This document shows, piece by piece, positions 18,002 to 26,322 of a stretch of DNA of 28,299 bases (position 1 is its first letter; every line of letters begins with the position of its first letter). The notes below the pieces were generated by a model, which saw nothing but the letters and a program-made list of their open reading frames with translations, ran no database searches and was not told the DNA's origin. The stretch spans positions 1-28,299 of the forward strand of contig NZ_JMCB01000035.1 in the NCBI RefSeq assembly GCF_000737315.1, written 5' to 3'. The stretch comes from Hyalangium minutum. GTDB taxonomy: Bacteria > Myxococcota > Myxococcia > Myxococcales > Myxococcaceae. The position numbers were made by a program, and so were the translations under genes.

Positions 18002-18773
18002 TTAGCTGGCACCACTTCCCGTAATGACCACGGGCACTGTCTTCAAGATCAGCCGCAGGTCTGTCAGCAGGGTCCAATTGTCGATGTACTGCATGTCCAA
18101 GTACATCCACTCGTCGAAGGAGATCTGGTTGCGGCCGGAGACCTGCCAGATGCAGGTGAGACCTGGGCGCACTGACAGACGCCGGCGCTGCCATGCAGCG
18201 TATTTTTCCACCTCCTTCGGAAGCGGCGGGCGCGGGCCTACCACGCTCATCTCACCGCGCAGTACATTGATCAGCTGCGGCAGCTCGTCGATGGAGTACT
18301 TGCGGATGAAGCGGCCGATCCGAGTGATTCTCGGGTCGTTCTTGATCTTGAACACGGGGCCGGTCTGCTCGCTGAGCGCCTCGAGCTTGGCGCGCAGCTC
18401 CTCGGCGTTCACCACGCCAGATAGCCCGCGACGTGGCGGCGGCCTCGCTTCCGCAGCGCCACGCCAGTCAGCCGGCCCATGGCGCCCACACCGAGGATGA
18501 GCGCCTCGTCTTCTCGAGGGGCCTCGCGCACCGCCAGCCAGCGGAACACCCTCTGCCGTAAGGCCCCCCACTCCAGGCTGCCCACGGAAGACTGTGGCCC
18601 AGCAGCACCGTGGAACCCAGCTGCGTTCCCATTACCAGGAGCAGGTCCACGAACAGGTTCAGCTTGGCGACAAAGCCACGAGCTGGCCGACCGTTCTCCG
18701 CCAGGGGCAAAGGTATGGGAGGAGGCTCCGGCGGGTAGTCCGGCAGGGGCCGATGTGCAGTGTTGGTATGCAT
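18002..18773 (-). pseudogene. Polyprenyl-phosphate hexose-1-phosphate transferase (PHPT, EpsZ/ExoE/WcaJ-like) pseudogene
   Basis: Intact Bac_transf C-terminus (FKIKNDPRITRIGRFIRKYSIDELPQLINVLRGEMSVVGPRP). The N-terminal TM piece (ATG 18773) and the ALILGVGAMGRL piece are in other frames, with the intervening domains deleted. Confidence 0.85.
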
Positions 18774-18801
18774 GGGTCGCCGCTCCCTCGCGGGGGGCCA
18801 G

Positions 18802-18817
18802 AGCACTGCTTGTGCCA
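18802..18817 (-). promoter_or_regulatory. Putative sigma54 -24/-12 promoter TGGCAC-AAGCA-GTGCT
   Basis: Correct N5 spacing, one mismatch to TTGC; about 30 bp upstream of the PHPT ATG. Confidence 0.6.
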
Positions 18818-19142
18818 GCCGTGCTCTCTCACCTATGCGCACCCTCGAAACGTCTGTTGGCCACTCCAGCGCGTGCTGGCGCCTGAAGGTGGGCTGCGGC
18901 GAAGCCCTTACGCCCGCGTTCAATGCCGACGCAGGGACGTCAGAAAGAGACGCTCCAAGGACTGACGCCAAGTCCCTGGAGTTACAGCGGCTTCTGGCAC
19001 ATCGTCCCAGAGGACGGGCGGTTTGCAGAAGCACGGAGTGGGCCGATTTCTCGGGCCTGGCACAGCAGGAGAAGCCGGAAACGAATACCGTCCTCTTCCT
19101 GGGCCGCTTCGTGAAGCCCTAGGCAGACCGTGAGCGCGGCGG

Positions 19143-20056
19143 TCAGGCCATCCCGCGCTGCTGGCGGGCCCACGTCTCGAAGCTCATGGGAGAGAGACCG
19201 TAGGATCGGGCGATCTCGGGTCGTGCCAGCACCGGGGCGACGTTCATGTACGTCAGTCCCTGCGCCACACCGGGATGCAGGCCGGCGGCGACGGCCTCCT
19301 CGACCGTGCCCACCTGCACTCGTACTCCTTGCCGTCGAGGCGCGAGAGTATCTCGGCGATCTGAGGAAGCGTGAGCAGGTCGCCGGCGAGCTGCAGCGTC
19401 ACACCTTTGAACCTGGCGGGATCGTTGATCGCCGCCGCGGCTGCCTTGCCGATGTCCTCCGGGGCGATGAGCCCAATGGGCCGATCAGTCCTGATCACCG
19501 TGACCAACTGGCGCCCGTCGGCGAAGCCGGCGGGATCGAACATGGGCTGGTCCATGAAGGTGGCGGGCAGGATGAGGGTCCAGTGCTCGAAGCCGGCGTT
19601 GCGCACGAGCTCGCAGGTAGCGAGCTTGTTCTCCCAGTAGTCCTCGTGGGACTTCCAGCGACCCTCGGCCCAGCCCTCGACGTTGCGGTGGTCGCCGACG
19701 CCCGATGTCGCGGTGTGCACGAACGTGCCGACGCCTTCGGTAAGCGCGGCCTCGACGAGGTTTTTTCCCTGCTCGCGCTCCTTGCTGTAGTCAACGCCGG
19801 TCGCGGAGAGAATGGGCGACTGCATCGAGAACACCGCCCGTGTCCCCGCGCAGGCGGCGCGCAGCGATCGCGGATCGTCGAGATCCCCGATGACCACCTC
19901 GGCGCCGGCCGCCGCGAGGGCCTTCGCGTTCGGCGCGTCCGGGTTGCGCACCATTACCCGCACCGATGTGCTGCCTTCGGCCAGCAGCGCCCGGGCGGTG
20001 GCGCCGCCCTGTCGCCCTGTGGCGGCGGTGACGAGAACGGGATCGCTGCTGCTCAT
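19143..20056 (-). pseudogene. Second NmrA-family protein with a -1 frameshift near 19318
   Basis: VLVTAATGRQGGATARALL. After ...DGKEYE the natural tail (VQVGTVEEAVAAGLHPG...SFETWARQQRGMA*) is in another frame ending at 19143. Confidence 0.85.
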
Positions 20057-20069
20057 GCGGGCCTCCTGT

Positions 20070-20127
20070 AAGTGGGGTGCCCCACCGTTTAGACTTCGGT
20101 GGCAAGATATGGAGGGCCACCCCGTTT
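20070..20127. promoter_or_regulatory. Two related 21-bp imperfect palindromes (20070-20090 and 20107-20127), candidate TetR operators
   Basis: AAGTGGGGTGCCCCACCGTTT vs ATATGGAGGGCCACCCCGTTT, 15/21 identical, in the divergent NmrA/TetR spacer. Confidence 0.6.
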
Positions 20128-20145
20128 GTCGAGGAGAGGATCTCC

Positions 20146-20754
20146 GTGGATCGTGTGAAGACGTTGCGAGCGGACGGCCGACGCAACCGAGAGCGGATCG
20201 TCGCCGCCGCCGCAGAGCTGGTCGCCAGGGATGGCGCGCAGGCGTCGCTCGAGGAGATCGCGCGGCGGTCGGGGGTGGGCTCCGCGACCCTGCACCGGCA
20301 CTTCCCGTCGCGGCGGGCGCTGTTGGAGGCGGTATTCCGCGCCGGCGTCGCGCAGCTCTGTGCGCGGGCCGCCGTGCAGCCGGGCGAGGACCCCGGCGCT
20401 GAGCTGGCTGCCTGGCTCGAGGAGCTGACAGTCTACACGGCGACCCACCGCGGACTTGCCGCTGCCCTGCTGGCCGGCCCGGATGGCCTCTCGCCAGAAG
20501 AGCTCTGCTGCACCGACATGCTGCTCGACGTGATGGAGGTTCTGGTGGCACGGGCCTCGTCTGTGGGCGCGCTTCACGCCGTCGCCACGACGAAGGACCT
20601 GATGCTCTTGGCGAACGCGATTGCCGTCGCCACCGAAGACGATCCGGCCACCGCGAGCCGGCTGCTGCGCCTCGCGCTCACCGGCATACGGTCTGAAAAC
20701 CGGAACGGTCCCCCTTCTCGGCCGGGCCGGGCTCGGGCGCCGACGAAGAAGTAG
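20146..20754 (+). CDS. TetR/AcrR-family regulator (LRADGRRNRERI type)
   Basis: LRADGRRNRERIVAAAAELV...SLEEIARRSGVGSATLHRHFPSR. GTG start after GAGGAG. Confidence 0.92.
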   Translation: MDRVKTLRADGRRNRERIVAAAAELVARDGAQASLEEIARRSGVGSATLHRHFPSRRALLEAVFRAGVAQLCARAAVQPGEDPGAELAAWLEELTVYTATHRGLAAALLAGPDGLSPEELCCTDMLLDVMEVLVARASSVGALHAVATTKDLMLLANAIAVATEDDPATASRLLRLALTGIRSENRNGPPSRPGRARAPTKK

Positions 20755-20759
20755 GCTCT

Positions 20760-20788
20760 CGCGCTCTCCGCTGTCGACGGAGAGCGCG
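20760..20788. terminator. 11-bp perfect hairpin CGCGCTCTCCG-7-CGGAGAGCGCG between convergent genes
   Basis: Seen directly, 6 bp after the TetR stop; lacks a U-tract. Confidence 0.5.
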
Positions 20789-20860
20789 CCCGCCGCGTCA
20801 ACTACCCTCCAGGCCCCATGCCCTGCCACCGCTTGGAGGCCTTTGAGAAGGCGCCCAGGC

Positions 20861-21604
20861 TCAGGCCGCCGCGCTCAGCGAAGTCCAGGTGCCTTGCGCA
20901 GCGCTCAGGCAGTCCCCCAGGAAGCGCAGGTAGCAGTCCAGCCCCTTGGCGCCGATGGATGCCAACTTGTGGGCATGCGCAGGCTCTGGGGTGATGGCCT
21001 CCTCCATCATCCGCTCATTGAGGGCCGTGTGGCCGACATCCACCGCGGCGTGCTCCTTGAGGAAGGAGAGCTGATCCATGGCCTCGCGTCCGAGCACCCG
21101 GGTGACTTGCGCGAGGATTCGCGGCACCAACTCCACCGCCAGGTAGCCCACCTCGTACTCGATGGCCGCCTGGCCGATCGGCAGATCGCTCGCGATCGTG
21201 TCGTCATGCAGCTGACGGTAGGCCCGCATCGCCTCCGTGGGGGCCTGGGTGATCAGCGCATCCGCGTCGAGCTGCTGCGCGTAGCGCGTGTTCCAGCGGC
21301 GCACCAGCACGCGCGTGTCCTCGATGGTCATCAGGTGGTGTCCGGCCTCGTGCCGCGAGTGGGTGATGAGCCCCCGGCCGAGCTTCTCCTGCCCCAGCGC
21401 GATGCAACGCTCGCCCGCGCCGCGGATCCATCCTTCTACGGGCTCGGTCATGTACGCCCCGCGCGCGGACCACTCGATCATGAAGCGCTCCAGCAGGGCG
21501 GGGGAGATATCGGGGGACAACAGGGTGCGCACCACCGGCTCCGTCTCCAGCCGGGCGCGGGTCTCCAGGACGTGAGGCAGGTACATCGTCTTCATCAGGT
21601 TCAT
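20861..21604 (-). CDS. Heme-oxygenase-like diiron oxidase (iron-containing redox enzyme, CADD/TenA-like fold)
   Basis: HEAGH, IEYE and H-x3-D-x2-H (EHAAVDVGH) metal-ligand motifs; all-helical 247 aa. ATGA overlap with the upstream gene. Confidence 0.8.
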   Translation of the reverse strand: MNLMKTMYLPHVLETRARLETEPVVRTLLSPDISPALLERFMIEWSARGAYMTEPVEGWIRGAGERCIALGQEKLGRGLITHSRHEAGHHLMTIEDTRVLVRRWNTRYAQQLDADALITQAPTEAMRAYRQLHDDTIASDLPIGQAAIEYEVGYLAVELVPRILAQVTRVLGREAMDQLSFLKEHAAVDVGHTALNERMMEEAITPEPAHAHKLASIGAKGLDCYLRFLGDCLSAAQGTWTSLSAAA

Positions 21605-23433
21605 GACAGCTCCTTCTCAGCGGAGGTGGGCAGACGGCCTGCTGTCTGCGTGTGGATGTGCTCCAGGAAATCGGGGGCGAGCTCCGCGGCGATGAGCCAG
21701 AGGTACGGCCGCGCAGCGCCATGAGCGACGTGGCTGTTGAGCCCGTCCTCTTGCATGAAGACGAAGGTGTCGCGGCCGCGGCTTGCGTACCACTGGCGCG
21801 CCGCGTCCAGCAGCGCCTCACGGGCCTCCCCTGTCTCGGGAGCCAGCGGGAAGAGGCGCACGGCATCCAGCAGGCGGAAGGGGTTGGCCCCGCGCTGGCC
21901 CACCTCCAGCACCGCCGCCGCGAGCGGTCTGCCCTGATGGCGTGCGACCAGGATGTGCCGCTCCCGCTCCAGCCCGGCTTCACGCCAGGCTCCGGCTGCG
22001 GCCTCCAGCTCCAAGGACTCCGCGCTCAGATCCAGGGCTTCGAGGTAGCTGGCAGGGCGCAGGCGGGCGAGCTTGCGGGCGAGCAGTGCCTGCTCGAAAG
22101 GTGTCGCTGGACCGAGCGTCATCCCCACTGGGAGCGCCTTACGAGGCTCCGCACAGGAGACGTCCACCATCCGCAGGGGAAGCAGAAGCGTCCGGCCCGT
22201 GCCGGCCATCCGGCGCGCGAAGCCGCTGTGCACGCGGTGGACGAAAGGCACAGTTCCCTCGATGTAAGCTCCCAGCCACCGGAAGCCGGGGTCACCCTGC
22301 GCGTGCTCCACCGTCCGGACATAGAGATCCCGGAGGATTCTTCCCGTGGTGATCGGCGAGGGCGCGCTTCCCGGCCGCTTCGCCAGTTGGTGGACCAGCC
22401 ACAGCGATTGGTATGGCTTCATGGAGGCGAGCGTCGCCTCCACACCGCGAGCAGAAGGCCACGCCGCCAGACACATCAGCTGCGGCAGGTGTGCGGCACG
22501 CCGGCCCAGTTCGAGGAAGCTGGCGCGCTGGTCCTCGAACCACTCCGCCGAGTGGCTGGCCAGGTTGAAGTAGCCCGAGTCGATGAAGAGCTGCCACAAC
22601 GGCTCCACCAGGCTCCCATCTGTCCTCGTGGCGGGGCAGAGCGAGCGAGTGACGAGCTCTCTCCAGCGCTCCGTATCCAGGCCCGTGAGCGGCTCCACCC
22701 GCAGGCCACAGACGCTCGTTCCCTCCGCGGTGACGGACACGTGACGGATCTCGGCACGCAGGTGAATGGGCTTCCCGGCCTCCGTGAGGAGCACGCATGC
22801 TGACAGCACCCAGCCAGGCTCGAGCCGCTCCCCTGGCAGGAGCCGCACACCCAGCCCACCGAAGGAGACATCGAGCACCTCGCGCTCCCACTCGGATCCG
22901 GAGTGAAGTGGCAGGACGAGACGTGTAGCGGGCGGGGGCGAGACACGCCGGTAGAGGCGGTGGCGGACGCGGACGAGGCGGTCCGGCAGTGGCGTTCGGA
23001 GCTGCTCCCCCTCCCAGGTGCCCTCCTGCAGGCGCATGCGATAGACCGAGTTGTAGCCCGCCACCTCGGCCTCGTACGGGAGCGAGCCTTCGCTCTCAGC
23101 GAGTGCGGCGCATCGCCAGCGAAGGCACCTGGACTTGAGATCGACCTGCTCCAGCACCAGGCGAGTGGCCCGTCCGTTCCGGCGCAGAAGGCCCCGGCCT
23201 CCCAGGGAGGCGGCAGTCATGAGGGCCAACTGGATGCGCTCTGGCTCGACGAGTTCTTCATGGAAGCGCGCGGGCCCGCTCGCGCGATCAGGAGTGCTCT
23301 GCGCTTCCCCTCGGAGGAGAGCTCCACCTGTTGACGAGGGAGAGACCCTCTCGTAGGGCACGGTGTCGGCGAGCGGATCCAGCTTCGACCGCGTCTCTTC
23401 GATGAGATCGTGGGTCCACAGGTGCGGTGACAT
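21601..23433 (-). CDS. PilZ-domain protein with C-terminal acyl-CoA N-acyltransferase (GNAT-like) region; PixB-like architecture
   Basis: RLYRR (RxxxR) and DVSFGG (DxSxxG) PilZ motifs, followed by a GNAT-like C-terminal half. Start 23433 has GGGA upstream; 23442 is an alternative. Confidence 0.75.
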   Translation of the reverse strand: MSPHLWTHDLIEETRSKLDPLADTVPYERVSPSSTGGALLRGEAQSTPDRASGPARFHEELVEPERIQLALMTAASLGGRGLLRRNGRATRLVLEQVDLKSRCLRWRCAALAESEGSLPYEAEVAGYNSVYRMRLQEGTWEGEQLRTPLPDRLVRVRHRLYRRVSPPPATRLVLPLHSGSEWEREVLDVSFGGLGVRLLPGERLEPGWVLSACVLLTEAGKPIHLRAEIRHVSVTAEGTSVCGLRVEPLTGLDTERWRELVTRSLCPATRTDGSLVEPLWQLFIDSGYFNLASHSAEWFEDQRASFLELGRRAAHLPQLMCLAAWPSARGVEATLASMKPYQSLWLVHQLAKRPGSAPSPITTGRILRDLYVRTVEHAQGDPGFRWLGAYIEGTVPFVHRVHSGFARRMAGTGRTLLLPLRMVDVSCAEPRKALPVGMTLGPATPFEQALLARKLARLRPASYLEALDLSAESLELEAAAGAWREAGLERERHILVARHQGRPLAAAVLEVGQRGANPFRLLDAVRLFPLAPETGEAREALLDAARQWYASRGRDTFVFMQEDGLNSHVAHGAARPYLWLIAAELAPDFLEHIHTQTAGRLPTSAEKELS

Positions 23434-23490
23434 GGTGATCATTCCCAGCGGGGACGAAGGAGAGCGTTCGTCCTCGTGCGCACCGTCTTC

Positions 23491-23507
23491 AGCACGGCGC
23501 GTGCCAA
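23491..23507 (-). promoter_or_regulatory. Putative sigma54 -24/-12 promoter TTGGCAC-GCGCC-GTGCT
   Basis: Correct spacing, about 58 bp upstream of the PilZ-GNAT start; same GTGCT variant as at 18802. Confidence 0.65.
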
Positions 23508-23758
23508 TCGCTTGCCACCGGACTCGAAGGCCCTTTGGTAAGGGCCGCTATCGCGGTTTCCGAGGGGAATGGTGCAGTTCACCTGGGCCCAACAGGTGCC
23601 GGAACGAGGCGCGGCTGCGTGGTGAGACTACGCAGCCGCGTGTTCACGACACGCGCGGCTCACCTGTGGAGGGCACGGACAGCTTGCTCCAGCCCTCATT
23701 TCTGACCGGCAGGATGGCTACAACCCTGCCGGCCGTTCACCGGCTTCGCAGTGCTGCC

Positions 23759-26041
23759 TTAGGGAGCATAGAGCTCCGCAGAGCTGAAGATGACGCCTCC
23801 CGAGAGGAGCACCTTGCCGGTGGGCAGCAGAGTCAGGCTGTGCGAATAGCGACTCGTTTGCATGGAACTCGTGAGCTCCCAGGTTCCCACTGCAGGATCG
23901 TACAGCTCCGCCGAGGCATGGGCCCCGTTGATGGAGCGGCCTCCGGCGACGAGCACCTTGCCCGAGAGCAGCAGCGTCACGGCGGTCTGGTAGCGGGGGA
24001 CACTCATGGAGCCGGTGGTGACCCAAGTGCCGCTATCCGGGTCGTACACCTCTGTCGCTGCCGAGGTGGTCGATCCGCCAAGGACGAGCACCTTGCCGGA
24101 GGGCAGCAGCGTGGCAATGTGGTCCTCGCGAGACTGAGTCATGGAGCCGGTGGGCGTCCAGGTACCCGTGTTCGGGTCGTACAACTCCGCCGAGGAATGG
24201 AAGGGCTCTCCGCCAGTCACGAGCACCTTGCCGGAGAACAGAAGCGTCGCGGTATGGTCACTGCGGGCATCGTGCATGGAGTTCGTGGCGGTCCAGGTTC
24301 CCGTAGCCGGGTCATACACCTCCGCGGTTGCTGCGTAGTCGGTCGAGTACCCTCCCACCACCAGCACTTTTCCAGAGGGCAGCAGCGTCGCGGTGTGGCC
24401 ACCACGCGCATGGTTCATGGTGCCGGTCGACGTCCAGGTTCCCGTGGCAGGGTCATACAGCTCCGCCGTTGCCTGATAGGTGTCCGAGTACCCTCCGGTG
24501 ACAAGGACCTTTCCAGATTGCAGGAGCGTCGCTGTGTGACTCACGCGGGGGATGCTCATCGCGCCCGTGGCCATCCATGTGCCAGTTTCCGGATCGTACA
24601 TCTCCGCTGTCTCCAGGAGTGAGCCGGTCCAAAGCCCTCCGCCAGTCACGAGCACCTTGCCAGAGGACAAGGTCGTCGCGGTGTGCCAGTACCGAGCCTG
24701 GGAAGGGGAAGAGGTGGCAGTCCAGGTGCCGGACAGGGCGCAGGAAGCCAGTCCGGTAATGGTAAAGGTGCGGGTGGCGGTCAAACCAACGCCGTTGGTG
24801 ACGGTAGCAGTGACAGGGGCGGTGCCGCCGTCTGGCACGCAGGTGGGCGCTGTCCACGTGACACGGCTTCTGGTGGCCGAGTCCTCAGACTGGCCCAGCG
24901 CGCCCACAGGGGAACTCCAGGCGAAAGAGAGCAGGCTGTTCGTCAGGTCGCTGGCTACCACCTCGAAGACGAGGAGCTGAGAGGGCGTCGCCGTGAGTGC
25001 GGACTGATAGGAGCGCACGATGATGGGAGGCAAGGAGAGGGGGGACGCCGGAGACACGCACAAGGCCAGGGTGGCGGTCGCATGGCCGCCGCGCTCGTCG
25101 GAGACCTCCACCTGCACTTGGCAGTTGTTGCAGGAGTGAGCGGGCAGTGCAGTGGGAGAGAAGCGGGCCGTGGACATATTTGGGTTCTCCCACGTGCCCA
25201 GGCAGGAGGCGCTCCACTGGTAGCGGAGTGCATCTCCGTCACCATCCGAGGCGGAGACGGAGAGTTCCGTCTGCTCGCCTACAGCCAAAGAGGACTGAGA
25301 TGAGGAGAGGTTCGTCACAACGGGGCGGTTGTTGAAGCGCACGTCCAGAATCACGTCGCCTTGCCCGGCAGAGACGTTCACCGTGAAGGACACCGAGGTG
25401 GCAGCTCCGTGCGAGTCGATCACAGTGAGCGCGAGCTGCACTGGACCCAAGGTGGCCGGAGCGTTCCAGGTGGTGCTGGCCTGGGTGGGCGCGGAGAAGA
25501 TGCCTGACGGTGCTGTCCACTCGTACTCCAGGGAGTCGCTCTGGTTGGGATCATGCGCGCTTGCCATCAATGACACACTCTCGCCGGGGGCTACGACCAG
25601 AGGCGAGGCCACCATTGAGTCAATCAGCGGAGCCTCGTTCGTGTAGGGCTCTTCGGCGGCGCTCTCGTGAAGAGTGAGGGTGATGAGTGACATCTCCGAT
25701 GCCCCGATGGTGACACCTGTGGAATGTCCCTCATAGAGCAGAGTGTCTGCTGGCCCGAAGGCCTGGGCCAGGAATGCGCGGCCGGTACCAGCCGGGATGT
25801 TGCCGACGACTCCTCCCCACACCCCATTCGTTTTCACCAGCTCGGTGACGATGGAGGGCATGTCCGCTGCGGAGGAAGTGACGGTCACGCGTGAGATGTC
25901 ATTGGCGGAGAGGGTGTGGCGCGTGGACACGGCCAACTGCACCGAGCCAGTAGCGCGCGCGGACGCAGAGGAACTCTCATGACAGCCGGCGAGCAGTGCC
26001 CACAACAGGAATAGGACATAGAGGGGACGTGATAGAGGCAT
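23759..26041 (-). CDS. Kelch-repeat lipoprotein with N-terminal Ig/PKD-like domains
   Basis: Lipobox LLAGC; repeated NxxP...Y.W beta-sandwich units; seven R..HTATLL.SGKVLV.GG kelch blades. Confidence 0.92.
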   Translation of the reverse strand: MPLSRPLYVLFLLWALLAGCHESSSASARATGSVQLAVSTRHTLSANDISRVTVTSSAADMPSIVTELVKTNGVWGGVVGNIPAGTGRAFLAQAFGPADTLLYEGHSTGVTIGASEMSLITLTLHESAAEEPYTNEAPLIDSMVASPLVVAPGESVSLMASAHDPNQSDSLEYEWTAPSGIFSAPTQASTTWNAPATLGPVQLALTVIDSHGAATSVSFTVNVSAGQGDVILDVRFNNRPVVTNLSSSQSSLAVGEQTELSVSASDGDGDALRYQWSASCLGTWENPNMSTARFSPTALPAHSCNNCQVQVEVSDERGGHATATLALCVSPASPLSLPPIIVRSYQSALTATPSQLLVFEVVASDLTNSLLSFAWSSPVGALGQSEDSATRSRVTWTAPTCVPDGGTAPVTATVTNGVGLTATRTFTITGLASCALSGTWTATSSPSQARYWHTATTLSSGKVLVTGGGLWTGSLLETAEMYDPETGTWMATGAMSIPRVSHTATLLQSGKVLVTGGYSDTYQATAELYDPATGTWTSTGTMNHARGGHTATLLPSGKVLVVGGYSTDYAATAEVYDPATGTWTATNSMHDARSDHTATLLFSGKVLVTGGEPFHSSAELYDPNTGTWTPTGSMTQSREDHIATLLPSGKVLVLGGSTTSAATEVYDPDSGTWVTTGSMSVPRYQTAVTLLLSGKVLVAGGRSINGAHASAELYDPAVGTWELTSSMQTSRYSHSLTLLPTGKVLLSGGVIFSSAELYAP

Positions 26042-26322
26042 AGCGCTTGTTCCTTGAAAGAGAGGGGCACCATGCCCGCTCTCTTTCAGGACAATGCCCA
26101 GTGTGCGATGTCGAAGCGGTGAGCCCGCTCACAGGATGGTGGTGTGGCTGCTCACACTTTTATTCACTCTGGATGTGAGAGTCTTCACTGCGCCGAGGCG
26201 GTTCACGTGAGAGCTTGGCGGGGCTCGCCGTGCTCACCCAGGACGCTGGGGACTTGTTCCTCCGAACTGGGGGGGCGAGCTTTTCGGTGAGAAGAGAAAC
26301 AACAGACATTCAGGAGATATTC

